A stretch of 64,000 nucleotides of DNA from Chrysomallon squamiferum (GCA_012295275.1 CM022671.1:12834001-12898000); one strand, 5' to 3'. Positions 23,584-37,945 are shown, numbered from the stretch's first letter. Notes: generated by a model from the letters alone, not told the origin. Translations and numbers: made by a program.

Positions 23584-26500
23584 TAGTAACAAATAAATAA
23601 ATAAATAAAATGAAACAAAAAAAATAATATTAATAAATTTTGAAATCCTTGTGGTATCACAAAAAATGATCTTGATGGGTTTGGGATTTTTTAGTTTTAG
23701 TTTTATAGACTAATTATTGCAAAAACACAAAACATAAACAGCTGCATATCAGTAATTTGAAAGCAAAATCTTTAACACACAAAACTAATAATCAACACTG
23801 TCATTAAATAAAAGAAATTTCTTTTATTCATATTAAAATAAGAATATGATTAGAAACATCAACTTCACAGAAATTAATTATGTAAAAAATGCTAACCTTA
23901 AATCCTGATCCAACCTCACCCAGCACATTTCCCACAGGAACAGGGGTTTGATCAAAGTGTACTTCAGTTGCTGTTAAAAAACAATACATTAATTAAACAA
24001 AAAGTTATTTATGATAAACATTTATAAGTAAAAAAATATACTGAAAAAAAAAAAATCAATTGAAATGTGGTTTTCTAATATCTATTTTCAACACCAAAAA
24101 CATACTTTTAATCTAATTTCTAAGTTGTATGATCTGGATACATTTTCTACCTTAAGAAAACTCTAAAGTTATCAATAAAAAATGATTATTTAATAAATTA
24201 ATAATACAACAAAAATTCCTGCAACTGCCCAGAGCAGTATTTGTTAATAATTTTTTTCATTTAATTTTTCATTATTGATATACACAGTAATATTCAAGGT
24301 AAATTGTTGCTATAAATTATATTTTAGCAATGATTATTTTCACTAGTGAAAACCATGATCACTATGAATAAAAAGTTAACCCACTATTTGAGCCACGAAT
24401 TCCTAGTTTATCTTCTGGTTTTCCACTTGTTACTCCTCCAAAGGCTCGTTCAACTATAAAGGCAGTAATCTTATTTTGCTTCTCACCCTAAATCAAATAA
24501 AAACACAAATGGCTAACATTTCTAAAGAGTAATGAAAAGTTATTGTAGATTATATAATACTTAATTTATTGTATGAATTTATGAATATTATATGTTATAT
24601 ATTCTTGCTAATGTCTTGTAGTAATCATCTAAATACTGGAGCAACAGAATGCACTGTTCTTGTCATAAGGTAATATTTATGCATTTTGTATATCTGTGTA
24701 TCAGTAAATTTTCTAGTTATTTTAAACTGTAATGACTTGATTATAAATGAAAAAAGGAAATAAATACGAATTCTTGAAAAAATCATTCCAAAAAGGTTTT
24801 TAAAATTTTTGGGTGTAACTCATTCTTACTTCCAAATAGAATTAAAAAATAAAATAAAAATAATAATAATAATAATAATAAAATGTAACTTGCTAATCTG
24901 GAAAGTGATATTAGATTTTACTTTTACACACACACATTGTAATATGCAACTGTCATATCATACATCACTATTAGTGACTTCAGTTTTAGCAAAAACTGTG
25001 AAAATATCAGCAATTCCTCCATTTGAAATCCATATCTTGCTGCCTGAGAGATAAAATGTCCTTCCATCATCAGATAAACTAGCCCTAGTCTTAATGGAAG
25101 CAGCATCACTACCACTGAAATACATTAATTAATTATGAAAAAGGAATATAATTAAAAATCTAAATAGATGTATCTTCAACATCATGATAAATTCATTACA
25201 AATTACTATTATGATAATGATATATATCTGAAAACTGTAAAAATACATATTCATAGGTCACAGACAAATTAACATTATAAATGTTTTAAAAATACTCTAA
25301 ATACATATTTTTATTTTGAAATTTCTTTTCATTGAACAGCTTCAGTGGTTATCTTATATTACAAAAACATTTCATGATTTTTATCTTTTTTGTTCAAGAT
25401 GCATCAATGAGTAGTAATGCATATTTCATCTGAGCTGAACTTCAACTGATTTTTTTATAAAAAATTAGAAATCTTACCTTGAAGGCTCTGTGAGACAAAA
25501 TGCTGCTGTGTGTTCTCCACTGGCCAGTTTGGGAAGATATTTTTGTTTCTGTTCTTCAGTTCCAGCTATCAGGATTCCCTGAAAGGCAACAGCAATTACA
25601 TAATTTTTCTATTACACAATTGTATTTCCTGCAGATAATGGTAATATTTATACATTTTGTAATTTTATTTATCAGACAAAGTTGTATTTCCTGTAAATAA
25701 CAACATTATTTATGATTGTATTTAAAATGTATCCATACATTTCACAGATAATTGATTAATATATTATTTCATAATGTAAGTGGATATGAACGTTACTTAA
25801 TATGACAATACATTTGAGAATATCAAAATTATTTCACCTGATTTTGTGTGGATCATAATAAAGCCAATTCAAGCCAATTACAAAAATTAACACTGCTTAT
25901 ATCAGCTCTTGCTAACTAATTCTACATATACACTATTTAAATTATGTATCTGTGCAAAGGATCAAACATCAGAAATTAAATTATTATACAAGTTATTCTC
26001 CATACAGCTGTTCTTTACTATATTCAAACAATTATAGCTACAATTTTTATTCAGTATCCTAGGATATACTCTTTAATTTATGAAACATATACAACAGTTA
26101 AAAAAAAATTGGACAGAATTCAGTGATTAATCTTCTTTTCTTTTTTTTTCATTATAATGAAAGTATTAACATATTTTAGAAAGTATTAACTTTAAGACCA
26201 ATTGACTGATGTGCTGCTAGTGTCACAGCAATTCCTCCATCAAGAGATGTTATCTCAGCTATCCTTGCGTACTTTGTAGCATTCAGTCCCAAACCACCTG
26301 GAAGGATTTTGAAATTTAGGATTAGGAAAAAAATTTAAAAATTAAATAAAGTAACAACAAAGCAGTAGGAAAGAAAATGATTTAAGAAATGTGAAAAAAT
26401 ATACATCAGAAAAGTTTAAACTCAAGATGTACAGATTCAGGAACCATAAAAAAATATCAGCTGTATAGAATTAATTATATTTTATAACATATATTATTTA

Positions 26501-27746
26501 CATATTATAAAGCATCATTTTAAATTGTCATAGGCTTTATTTTTCCAGCCAACAATAATATTCCTGATAGCATGAAACCTAAAATTCTGCCAAATGTAAA
26601 CTCATGATTTTACTAATAAAGAAATATTGATTTTTATAAAGGACTACCAAATCTGATGAAACGTTGTTTATGTGAAAGACAAAAAATATGAGAAGCTTCT
26701 AGTATTAATATAGAATAAAATACATTTAGAAATTATACATAAAATAAGTTTTGTTACTTGTAATATAATATCTGTATTAAATAGTCAATATTTATCTCAG
26801 TTACTTATACAAATCTGACAAATAGCATTAACAAAATGAATTATTAGTTATCAGATATACCATACTGTTGTGGAATCTGCTGACCAAAAAGACCTAGATC
26901 TTTCAACTGCTGCATTGTCTTTTCAGGAATACTGCCTGCTGAATCAATTTCTTTTGAATCAACTGAAAACAAAAACAAAACTTTAAACTAAAAAAAATAA
27001 TTATTATTATTAAGAATAAAGTGGAAACTCAAATACCATGCACTTACTCAGTTAATAATATTAAAATGTGTTGATGTTAGTTTCATTAAACATATCTTTC
27101 AATTACTAAAAGTTACTAGAAGAGAACAGTTTGGGTTATATTCCACACACCTTATTCTTTTTTTTTTAAATTAAAAATATATATATATATATATATATAT
27201 GAACTTTATTGTTTTCCAGTTATAATAAATTTGTTAACTTTAATTGTATTTATTTATTTATTTATTTTCCTAAATCTAATAAAATACTAACTGCCTTCAG
27301 AGAAAAATTTTTCAATTGGTCGCAACATCTGGGTAAGTTCTTCATATTCTTCCTTGTCAGAAATTTCTGGATAAATCAGTACTTCCTGTCATTGAAATAA
27401 CAACAACAACAATAACTAAATTTTTAACTTGAAAGTAAATACATGAAAATAATATATGAACTAGAGAATATATTTTTGAAGATTACATGAAATAAAATGC
27501 TGTTATAAATAGATTCATTAACATCAGTACAATTTAGCAAAAGACAAGATCAGATGAGTAGAATTTAAAAAAACAGTTTTTTACACTGTGAAACAAACAT
27601 TTGTATTATTTGATGAAATAAGTAGATGAACATTCCTGTTTATATATAAAATTATAACACTTAAATAACATATCCCATATCAATTACTTAGTGATTAATA
27701 AAAATTAACCTATGTACAATAAATAAAAGACATCAAATTATTAACT

Positions 27747-27785
<39 letters not shown>

Positions 27786-27796
27786 TTGGTATTTTT

Positions 27797-27836
<40 letters not shown>

Positions 27837-28078
27837 TTATTTTGTATAATGCAAAACTCCAAACTGAAAATCTCATTCTCATCGATATTAATTACCTTAT
27901 TGAATTTTCCCAGAAATAAATTTTTAACAAAAGGTTCATTTGTTTGTGGTTTTTGTATGGTTTTCAGTTGTGAAGGATTCTTTTTGACTGATTCTACCGA
28001 AGTGCTGAAAAACCTACATTGAGATCTTGCTTTCAGTATTATTACTCTTACAAAACAATGTCTAGGTAATGACAACAT
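18108..28078 (-). CDS. ACAD9: Acyl-CoA dehydrogenase family member 9 (complex I assembly factor), complete, 631 aa
   Basis: 18 exons: 28078-27896, 27385-27292, 26962-26861, 26297-26191, 25578-25478, 25114-24964, 24487-24385, 23970-23897, 23468-23393, 22838-22768, 22252-22133, 21650-21522, 21284-21205, 20373-20250, 19913-19836, 18828-18700, 18605-18533, 18208-18108, total 1896 nt. Basic N-terminal transit peptide; motifs [73 protein letters not shown]. Confidence 0.93.
19296..19749 (-). mobile_element. Tigger/pogo-like DNA transposon, truncated 5' part
   Basis: From ATG 19496, [43 protein letters not shown] resembles a CENP-B/Tigger N-terminal HTH. Terminus TA|CAGTGGTATCTC on the minus strand at 19751-19738. 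Lies in an ACAD9 intron. Confidence 0.75.
20729..21113. mobile_element. Foldback/MITE-like long inverted repeat in an ACAD9 intron
   Basis: Nested inverted blocks: ACATTTTGGT 20729-20738 / 21104-21113, TCACTAGACA 20759-20768 / 21080-21089, and a perfect 21 bp pair 20857-20877 / 21000-21020. Confidence 0.75.
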
Positions 28079-29527
28079 GTTTCAAAAAAAAAAAAAAAAA
28101 ACCCGCTCTGTAATATAAACTGAACAGTGTAACTAATATTCAGTCAGTCGTACAATGAACTGAAAAAATAAAATAAAAAAAATAATAATAAAAATGAACG
28201 TCCTAATCAGAGTAAGCTCTTGTGAAGCACGCCTGCGAACACACAATAACCACAATATTATGAGAAAATCGGTCTAAGCTGTGTTGACTGAAAATAGTTC
28301 CACATAATGTATTTCTCTATCATTACACAGTTGTATAGAATAACTTAAATATGAATACAAACATATACTTTAATTATTTTGTTTCCAGATTTAAGTTTAT
28401 GTTACACACATACACAGAGACACAGACAAAAACACAGGCAGAGATATATGAGAAATTGTTGTTTAAAAATATTCTAGCACTGGCTGGCTGGAAATATTAT
28501 TTATATTTCATCATTAAATAACTCTTTAAAAAAAAATTAAAATTTTATGAATCCAGACTTTTTGAAATTAAGAAGACGAATATCAAAATCTTCATCTTGC
28601 ATTTAGTTTTATCAAAACACACACAATGAAAGAAAACGAAATTACGTGCCGAGCAACTTAATTATATGGTGATATTAATAATTACACCGTTTTTGTGAAT
28701 GCTGTAGATTCGTGTAGTTTTTATTTAAGTAAGTGAATTAATATTCATTTAGAGTTCACAAATAACTTGGTCAACGGTTGTGCGCTTATTTCTGAAATAT
28801 TAATATCATTTTAAAATTACGTATCATCTGTAAAACAGAACTTACATGAATGCAAATAAAATGAGTTACAGTCAACGCGTTTACTGTATCATGTAGCAGT
28901 TGTTCGGAGTTTCAACTTTCATTACTCATTATTCATCGTTTTACTGCACAAGTAAATATATAAGTATATTAACTATATAAATAAATAAATAAATTATTGA
29001 ATGCTTGGCATATCTTGAGAAACTGATAATATAATATTTTGTTAATTTATGTTGGATCACGTAAATAGTATGCGGCGTAGAAAGTTAAGTTTAATATTCA
29101 CCGTAAACCGGTGTGAACATGATATAACATCGGGGTATCTCATAATTCGGTCTGATTGCATCCATTTTGATACTAACGAACTAATATTAGTTAATTTCGA
29201 TCATGCAGTACCGATTTTGTTGAAGAAGACGAAAAAGAAAAAAGACTAGCACAAATAAGATAAATAATTGTTGTTAATCATTACATTGCAGAACATTTGG
29301 GTCATTTTAATGACCTAATGTTTTTATCGTCATTGTGAAGACATAGATAAAAGATTACTTCCTGCTAAATTCTGTTGGTTGGTTATGGTAGTTAATATAG
29401 ATTGTGTCAGATTTCATGTATTAATATTACTATTATATCAAATTAAATAATAATAATAAATTTTAAAAATTCAAGAAAGAAAGCATTATATTTCTCACCC
29501 AATAGTTGTTAATGTGTTGAGATAGTC

Positions 29528-29708
29528 CAGCAAGAGTTCCGCTGCCACCCACTACTTTTAATTCTCTTTTATTAACTTTTAAATTAAGTGACCAAAAATA
29601 TTTGAGAATATATTAAATCAATGTCCAAGGTACTTGGTGTCACGCGTGTCACTTAATTTTCCCTCAAGTGTCACTGCTGACACGCATGTCATACTTTTGC
29701 CACCACTG
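29528..29708. mobile_element. hAT-type MITE (181 bp) with an 8 bp target-site duplication
   Basis: AGATAGTC at 29520-29527 and 29709-29716; element ends CAG...CTG; internal GTGTCA/TGACAC repeats. The left terminal repeat is eroded. Confidence 0.75.
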
Positions 29709-30676
29709 AGATAGTCATTAATATGAATATGTATTTCAGTAAACTGAATTTTAACAGATTTAGCATTAATAATCCTAAAAATTGGTTGATTTCTATAAAT
29801 TAAATGGTATAAAATATTGCTTCTGATTGTCCATGGAAGCCATTTCCAGTCACTGTCTGGAAACTTTCAATATAGCTTCAAGGATATTTTCTTTCTTAAT
29901 ATAGTATTTCAATAATGAAATATTTTTTAAAAATCAACCAAGAAAAGCAAAGTTTATTCCTATTCTAATATATTCTAATGTTCCCTATCCTAATATATAC
30001 ATACATACATTAGTCTGTTTCATTATTGATGGTGTTGATATTATTATTAACCATGATTATTAAACTGACAATCTGTGAGATGATGCTTACTTTATTAGTA
30101 CTACATTAACAATAATAATCAATGATAGCAATCTGTGTTGACAGCATTTTTAGTTCTAAAGGTTTTAGAACTTTTTTTAAAATAATAACTGAACGAGTAA
30201 ATAAATAATTAAATAATAATAATAGAAATTGTAAGAGATTACGTATGACAAGACAAACTAGTAGTTTATATACATGTTGCATACTTCATTTTCTTTTTTT
30301 ATTTATTAAATTCACTAGTAGTAACAATAAAGAATTTCTATAAAATAATCTTCTGAAGATGCAAGGAGGCTGCCATGTTTTCTTTATACCAGAATTATAA
30401 TTTCCTACATGGTAACTGATTGCAAATTCAGTCTTTTGGGTACTTTTGTGTACTTATGTGCTATGTGTTATTAAATTCTTTGCTTTCATTTATCACAGCA
30501 AAAAATTGTTTTTGTAGATATAATGTACTTGTCATAATGCCAGTACTTAGCACAAACACATTTGTGTATACCTACATATAAGTATGTTTTTACTTCAGAT
30601 TTTAATGTTTTATATTTTATTTCAAAACATATTCAATTTGCTTAGATTAACTTAACATTAGTTATTAATATTGTAG

Positions 30677-31680
30677 ATGGCAGCTTCAAAAGGCAGATTA
30701 TACCCAGAAGATGAGAAAAAGATCCAGAAAAATTATCAGTATCTATTACATGAACTGGAAGCTAATGATCTTATTGACGTAATGTTCTCTGAATTCATAT
30801 TTGATCAGGATTGTTTAGATGAAATTAAAAATGCACTTCCTAACACAAGAAAAAAGAGAATGGAAGTATTTCTGGACAAATTAATGTTTTCTGGAGAAAA
30901 AGGTTACAAAGTGTTTTTGGAAGTTTTGCAGAAAACCTACCCACATGTGGCTAAAAAACTTGAAAACACATATATATCTGGATTTGAATCTGAGAGAAAA
31001 GATTATCCAGGTAGGTTTAATGATTCTGTATTAGAAAGAAGTCTTAATTTGCTGTCAACACACAGTGACAGTGTGAGTGGGACAACGGTGCCAAATTGTT
31101 ATACAGCAGACTATAAATCAGACACCAACACCATCACACATAAATACAGGGATACCACACATGAATGTTTTTTAATTCACATTTCTTTGAATATTATCTA
31201 AAACTGTAATATATAATATATATTACATTTAGTTTCTTTGATCATTTATAATCTCAACATTACAACATAAAAACCAATATTTAATCTTTTTTAATAACTT
31301 GGAATAATTATTTGGATTTAGGTGGGTTTTTTTTTTTTTTTCTCTATCTGCAACACTTTTTTATTTCAGAATGGTTTAATGACATTCCAGAAGAAAGAAA
31401 GAATGAGAAAATAAGTGAACAAGATCTCAGTCGCTTAGTTCAGCATCTTGGTGAAGGATGGGAACTTGTGGCTATTGATTTGAAGATAACACAAGCTCAA
31501 ATTGATCAAGGAAAGATGAATGCGAGTTCTTCACATGTTAAGATGTTTAATGTTTTCAACAAATGGAGGCAGCGTCAAGGAACCAATGCAAAATTTGCAG
31601 CCTTTATCAAGGCATTATATTCTGCTAAATGTACTGTTCATTGGGATGGAATTAAAAATGTGATGATAAATGAAGCATAA
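30677..31680 (+). CDS. CARD + death domain adaptor, CRADD/RAIDD-like, 214 aa
   Basis: Exons 30677-31010 (donor CAG|GTAGGT) and 31370-31680 total 645 nt. The N-half is CARD-like (FLDKLMFSGEKGYKVFLEVLQKTYPHVAKKL); the C-half is death-domain-like (LVQHLGEGWELVAIDL...FNKWRQRQG). The ATG directly follows an acceptor TTGTAG, implying a non-coding first exon. Orthology to CRADD is not proven. Confidence 0.85.
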
Positions 31681-33696
31681 ATCTTATCATGGTGTATTAT
31701 TCCTATTAAGTTTTCTTAATCCTGCTGACACTGTGGATTGCTGCAAATAATATTGATTCAAATTCATCAGTTCTATTAAATCTACTATCACTGTAGAAAG
31801 ACATATTTTTAATATGGAATGAAATATTTTCTAGATACATTTAAGCATTTTTAACGATATTTTCTCGAAACTGTTTGGATTCTGGATATTTTATTTTTTG
31901 ATAAATTACATTAAAATTCATTATTAATTTTCATATTAAGCTGGATAGTTGGATTTACAGCTTTTGATACATATGTCATTTAGCACTGGCTGGAACAGCA
32001 AAAAGTCCAGTAACTTTTTTCATGTATCACTCTTTCAAACATTGTAAACTTGGAACACAAACCAAAATCACAATAATTTTAGATTTAACAAAATATACAT
32101 TTTAAAATGAAGTTTAATAAAATTTAATTAAAGGTTTTATTCATTATTCCTTAAAATTTTGCTATTCAAACTCTGAAGGAAGATAGAATTCGGTCATTTC
32201 AAACAAATCCATTTACTTGAGGATTATAACATACATACTGTAACACATTAAAAAAGTTTGAGGATTTTGATAGTTCAGTATGGAAATGATAATCTGACTA
32301 TCATACCAACTTCTTTTTCAAAAATTAAAATGATTTTAATAGGTTTTTCTATTTTTAATACAAATTATATATTTGTTGTTTCACTAATGGTAAACATGTA
32401 GTGGACAGAGATCTTCATTATTAAATAGCACACAAAAATACATTTTAAAAGGAGATGTCAACAACCAAAATAAAAAATCATCAGAAGTAGTTTATAATTT
32501 ATTTTTAAAAAATAGTAGTATGATGTTACAGTTGCTAATAGAATATGAATTATTATTAACATTTGACCATTAAGTTGAATTTTACAATAATGATTTTGTT
32601 TGACTTGACAGTTTGATACCATAAAACTATGTTTCTATGAAACCAAATGAGTGATGTTTACTTCACCCAAGAAAAAAATTGTTTGTAAAATGGACAAGAC
32701 CTCATTTCAACCCTAAGAAAAGCTTTTGTAAATTTAGATTATAAACTGCTTTTTTTTTACATCCAGAATAATTTAATTAGATCATTTGATTGTTTTGAAG
32801 TGACATGAAAAAAACAACAACCCACAATTGGTGTAATGCCATAATCAATGATTAATTAATAAAGGTACTATGATGACATGACATTTTGTCATAACAGCAC
32901 TGTTAACTGATAAAACAGTAATACTCATACAAAAAACATCCAGATATTTTATTGAACTTCTTGATATATAAATTTATTATAACTATATAGTATATCTTAC
33001 ACCGATAGAATATATTCTATATAATAACTTTATGCATATTCTAATTGAAATATTAAAGAAGACAAGATGTCCAGCAGAATTTCTTAGTTTTTTTTTCTTC
33101 AAAATAATGCTTTCAGTCTGCTGTGTGTTGACTACATGTCTAAATAATGCATATTCAAGACTTGCCCTATTTGCTTTCATAAGCTAGACAGTGTAACTTT
33201 AAATTTAATAATATTTATTTTTGTTGTAAGGACCAAATACCATGAACAAATACTAATTGTAATGATACATTTGTTCTTACACTTTTTAAACTGGTCATTA
33301 AAAGATTACCAAATAAAAAATAATAATTAAAAAAACATATTAAAACAATCATAACAACAATTGTAAATGTATTTGTAAAACAGTATAAAAAAAATAGATT
33401 ATCACTGATGTGTATTTGCATTATGGAATTTCGTTTTCTTCTATTTGTGCTTGTAATTTCTTTTTGGTATTGAGAATGTGCATCATATCCAAATTTTCAG
33501 TAAATTTTATAATTATTAATTTTGTTTTAATTGTTCTTTTTCAAACATTTTGAAACTTGATGATAAACAAGAAAATTATGTAATTTCATTGATAATAAAT
33601 TGAATAATTATAAAAATTATTGATAAACCATTGTTGCACATAACCAAACTGGAAGGAATGTTTCCATTGAAAATGTTACTCCATTCATTATTAACT

Positions 33697-36127
33697 TCAA
33701 CAGCCACAGTGTCTTGTGGACGTCTCTATGGGTAATTTAGTATTCAGATAGATTCTGGATCCTTGATTATATGCATTTTGTGATTCTGAAAATCCATCAG
33801 TTTCAGCATGCTTGATTGTCATTTCATCAATAAGAAATCTACAAAATATAATAATAATAATAATAATAATAATTCATAAATTGATCAACAAACAACAATG
33901 AACAATTTTATAGATAAAATTATGATTAAATAAACAGCTTAAGATTTTTTTCCATCAGTAACTGAAGCACTTTTATAGGCATAGAATGATAGACAACATA
34001 AATAATAAAAATAAAAACAAGTATAAATTAGTTATTTTACCAATAATTCAAAGGAAATATTTAATTCTAAAATATTTTAAGTAAAAAAATAAAATAAAAA
34101 ATACAGTTGATACAATATAGGAACATATAATGATGACAGTATTTCAGTTTGTAATTTAAAGACTTGCCTCATAGATTCTTGAATCATTACAGAATTTTTA
34201 ACAGATATTTCAGTCCATCCTATAAAGTCATGTTCTCTGCACATTATTTCTATCTCATCCTGTTCCACTTCCTTGTTTGGTAGATCATTCTAGTAAATAA
34301 AAGAAAATGTTTGTAATTTTAATAAGTAACAATCATAAAAAAATATATATATTCATAAATGATTTAATATTATTTAGAAAATCAGTCAAGATGAAATTAA
34401 TATACAAGCAAGATAAACAAAATACAATATAAAAAGAAGAATTTAAAATAAAGCACTGCTTCACAGTTTTGTATATTTGTATTTGTCATTAGGTGAAAAT
34501 TTATATGCACATTATATGTAATGTATATCCAGCTTTAATAATCCAAAGAAATATACAGAACATCACCATTCATCTAAAAATATTTAATTTGTTAAAATCT
34601 AGATATTCAATAAAATTAAATCAATTGGTTACAGACACCTTATTGGCCAAGAGCAGACAAGGAACACTGGTACCATCTTGGAGGGAGCATTTATTGTCAA
34701 GATCTTTTTTCCATTTGACAGCATTCAGGAAAGTTTCCTTATTGGTTATGTCAAACATGATAATACATGCATGTGTATCTTTGTAATAAACTCGAGTCAT
34801 TGAAGTGAAACGTTCTTGACCTGACCAAAATATTTTATTTAAGCAACAGAATGTTTATTAGTATAGTCATTTATTTTTTCAGAAATTATTTGCTAAATGC
34901 AACATACTGTAGTGATAGCAGCATAAAAATATTTTTCCATAACCACACACAGATTAACACATGAACATGCCTACATAAAAATATACTGATATAAAAGCTA
35001 TGAATACACCATGAACGCCAGAAATTAAAAATAGAAATATGCATCTACTAACATCAAATAATACACCTTCAAAGCATACATACACAGATTAATCCATAAA
35101 CGTGTTTTCATAAATATATTCAGATGTTAAGACATAATTAAATTTACACCAGAGATAATCAGATAATCATATACAGATTAACAGATGAAAATGCCTTCAT
35201 AAAAATATCCTGATATAAAAACTATGAATATATATGCAAACCAGAGATTAAACAGGCAAATATATCAAATAGTGTGTGTGTGTGTGTTTATGTGTGCGTG
35301 ATTATGAATGCATGAACATATACAAATTAACACATGAATATCCATATATAAACAAACATCAGAATAAAACACATGAATCTGCCTATATACACTGCTGACC
35401 CTCAGTTTCATGGACTTTTTGAAAAGTCCCCAAACTTGAACTTACTGCCATTTCCAATACGAACCTAGGTAGTATTAACTTATTATAAATCCCATTATAT
35501 GATGACAGCAACCCTCTCTCACCATACTTTCTATCAAGGTAACAGTAAATTTTACAACTAAACCCATAACCATCCTAATACACCAAACCTAGCCTACATT
35601 TTTCTTTTTATATATATATATATATATATATATACTGTGACATTTGTTTACATTGGTTTTACGTCTGCATATTGTTCTTACATTATTAGATTACTGTATG
35701 ACATAGCTGTTATGTGCATTAAAGTTTAATGTTTCAGTAAATTTTAGGGTTGTTGTTTACATTTATGATTTTCCAGACTTTTGTATTTTCTGAACTGCTG
35801 CTCCTCCTTTTAGTTATTGAAATAGAGGGTCACTACTATATGCAAGCATATTAAGAACATAGAGTCACAGATTAGTAATATGAATATACCATTATTTAGT
35901 GGTTACATGGTACTATAAAATTGTTTATATTCCCAAATTATTATTTTATTGTTTTGGGTGACTTGTCATTGTTTATACCAAAATAGTACATCTAAAAAAC
36001 TTATATTTTTAAAATGTTCTCTTTTGTTATTGTGCCTTATTCAGACTGGACAGCAAAAATAAATACAATAAAATATACCTTGGAAAAATGCAGAATATAT
36101 TTAGGTTATTTCTTATTATTAACAATG

Positions 36128-36179
<52 letters not shown>

Positions 36180-37053
36180 AGTACCTGCAATATCCCATAG
36201 CTGAAGTTTCACTGTTCTGTTATCAGTCCATTTGACTACTTTAAGTGCAAAGTCAACTGAATGTAAAGTAATAATTAACTATTAGTAATAACAAACAGAA
36301 TAATTATGTTTTTTAATTTAATAGACTTTTCTATTATCTGAAAAAAAGTAAACTGAAATCAAGGTGAACAGTCAAATTCACTAAAATCGCTTTCTAAGTA
36401 TTTAATATATTTAAAATGACAAATGTATTATTTTGCAAAGAATAAAATTATAAAACATAAATGTATATAAAAACAAATGGTTGACAGTGCAGTGAAAAAG
36501 AATCTGCTGAGGGCATCATTTCATATCATTATCTTGGAAAGGAGGCTCACAGAAACCATACTGTTTGAGACTACTGTGTTCTTATGCACCAAATTGTATT
36601 TTCATGTTTGTTAATTACAAAGCAACTCTCAATTTATTACAGAAGTGTTTAAAAATTATAAAAGTTATGATATTAAAAATGTAAATATCACGAATGCATT
36701 TCAGAGATTGAAATTAAAAATGCAACAATGACAGTGAGACAGATTTAGAAATTATAGCTAGAAAAATGAAACTGATATAAATCTGAAAAAGAAAAAGAAA
36801 ATTAGGGAGGCTCTGACATTATAAATTTAAAAATAGATAAAATAAAATTTTTGTTTTAAAAAATAAATCTTAAAAAGGATTAGCAGACTGATTAAAAAAG
36901 TTTAGTTAACTGATATTATTAATTCTAAATCTTACCTCCAACTGTCATCTTGTAATCTTTGCAGTACGAATCATTAACATATCGCTGCACAAATGATGTT
37001 TTACCAACAGATGGGTCTCCAATAATGATAACTTTGAATAATAATTCTGCCAT
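33697..37053 (-). CDS. RAB29: Rab GTPase of the Rab29(Rab7L1)/Rab32/Rab38 group, most like Rab29, 211 aa
   Basis: Exons 37053-36936, 36256-36185, 34820-34639, 34289-34168, 33838-33697 total 636 nt. Motifs GDPSVGKTS, VDFALKVVKW, subfamily-diagnostic WDIAGQE, RFTSMTRVYY, PCLLLANK, WTEISVK and C-terminal CGC (CXC prenylation site). Confidence 0.85.
34945..35390. repeat. Degenerate direct/tandem repeat in a Rab intron
   Basis: A CAGATTAACAnATGAAnATGCCTnCATAAAAATATnCTGATATAAAAnCTATGAATA block at about 34950 and 35174, plus shorter AGATTAA-type subunits. Confidence 0.7.
36131..36177. repeat. (CA)n microsatellite immediately after a Rab splice donor
   Basis: Seen directly; it explains the HTHT/CVCV ORFs. 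Confidence 0.95.
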
Positions 37054-37337
37054 TATCATTAATGTATTTTGATTTTCAAATTGTTATGCATGCTTATGTA
37101 AATCACACACAGTGTTTACTGCACATTGCATGGCTATAATGGTATAATATCATGAATTGAATATGTGGATTTTAGCAGTCACTTGGTTGATTATAATTAT
37201 TCTTAGATGGTTAAAATTACGTTAGAATTAATATCAATCGACAAATTATGAGAATCTAGAAGAACTAAAGAGTAGATTAATACTGTATTAAAAATGTTTT
37301 TTAAGTACGTTATTTTACTTAAGTTATTATATTATTT

Positions 37338-37369
<32 letters not shown>

Positions 37370-37495
37370 TATATTTTATACATATAATCTTATGATTCTG
37401 CGATACGCAATTTTGTCATTTTAAATAAAATAAATACCTAAATAAATAATTTGACGTTCACTATTCTACAGCTTAAGATTTGATAGTCGCTTCAC

Positions 37496-37515
37496 TCACA
37501 TGATCGATCACGTGA
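37496..37515. promoter_or_regulatory. Double E-box palindrome (M-box/CLEAR-like) upstream of the Rab gene
   Basis: TCACATGA-TCGA-TCACGTGA, about 450 bp upstream of the Rab ATG. Confidence 0.55.
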
Positions 37516-37945
37516 TTTCGATAGTTTCTTTTTGACTGAGTTTATATCAAAACTGTTTTTATAAACGAGGTTATAAAGACAGGAGAATATTTTGCAGTGT
37601 TATAATATTTTGTTTCCGTTGATTATTATAATATTATTTATAGGTTTTTATTATATATATTTAAAAAAAGAAAAGAAAAAAGTAGGAACAATTTATTTAA
37701 CTTAAGAGAGAGATCTTTAAAAACAGTAATGCTCTAAAATAAAAGAGGGCTTTTATTAGTGACAACCAAATCAACCGGTCTCACACATTTGTTAAATGAG
37801 GTATATGATACACTAAGTTTTTACAAAAATAAATCAAAACCAATTTTCACGTAATCATAATGCTTTAGATGGGTTCGAATTTTATTGAAACAGTAATACA
37901 AGTTCGTTTGATGACCGTTCATACTGATATATATATATAATAATA

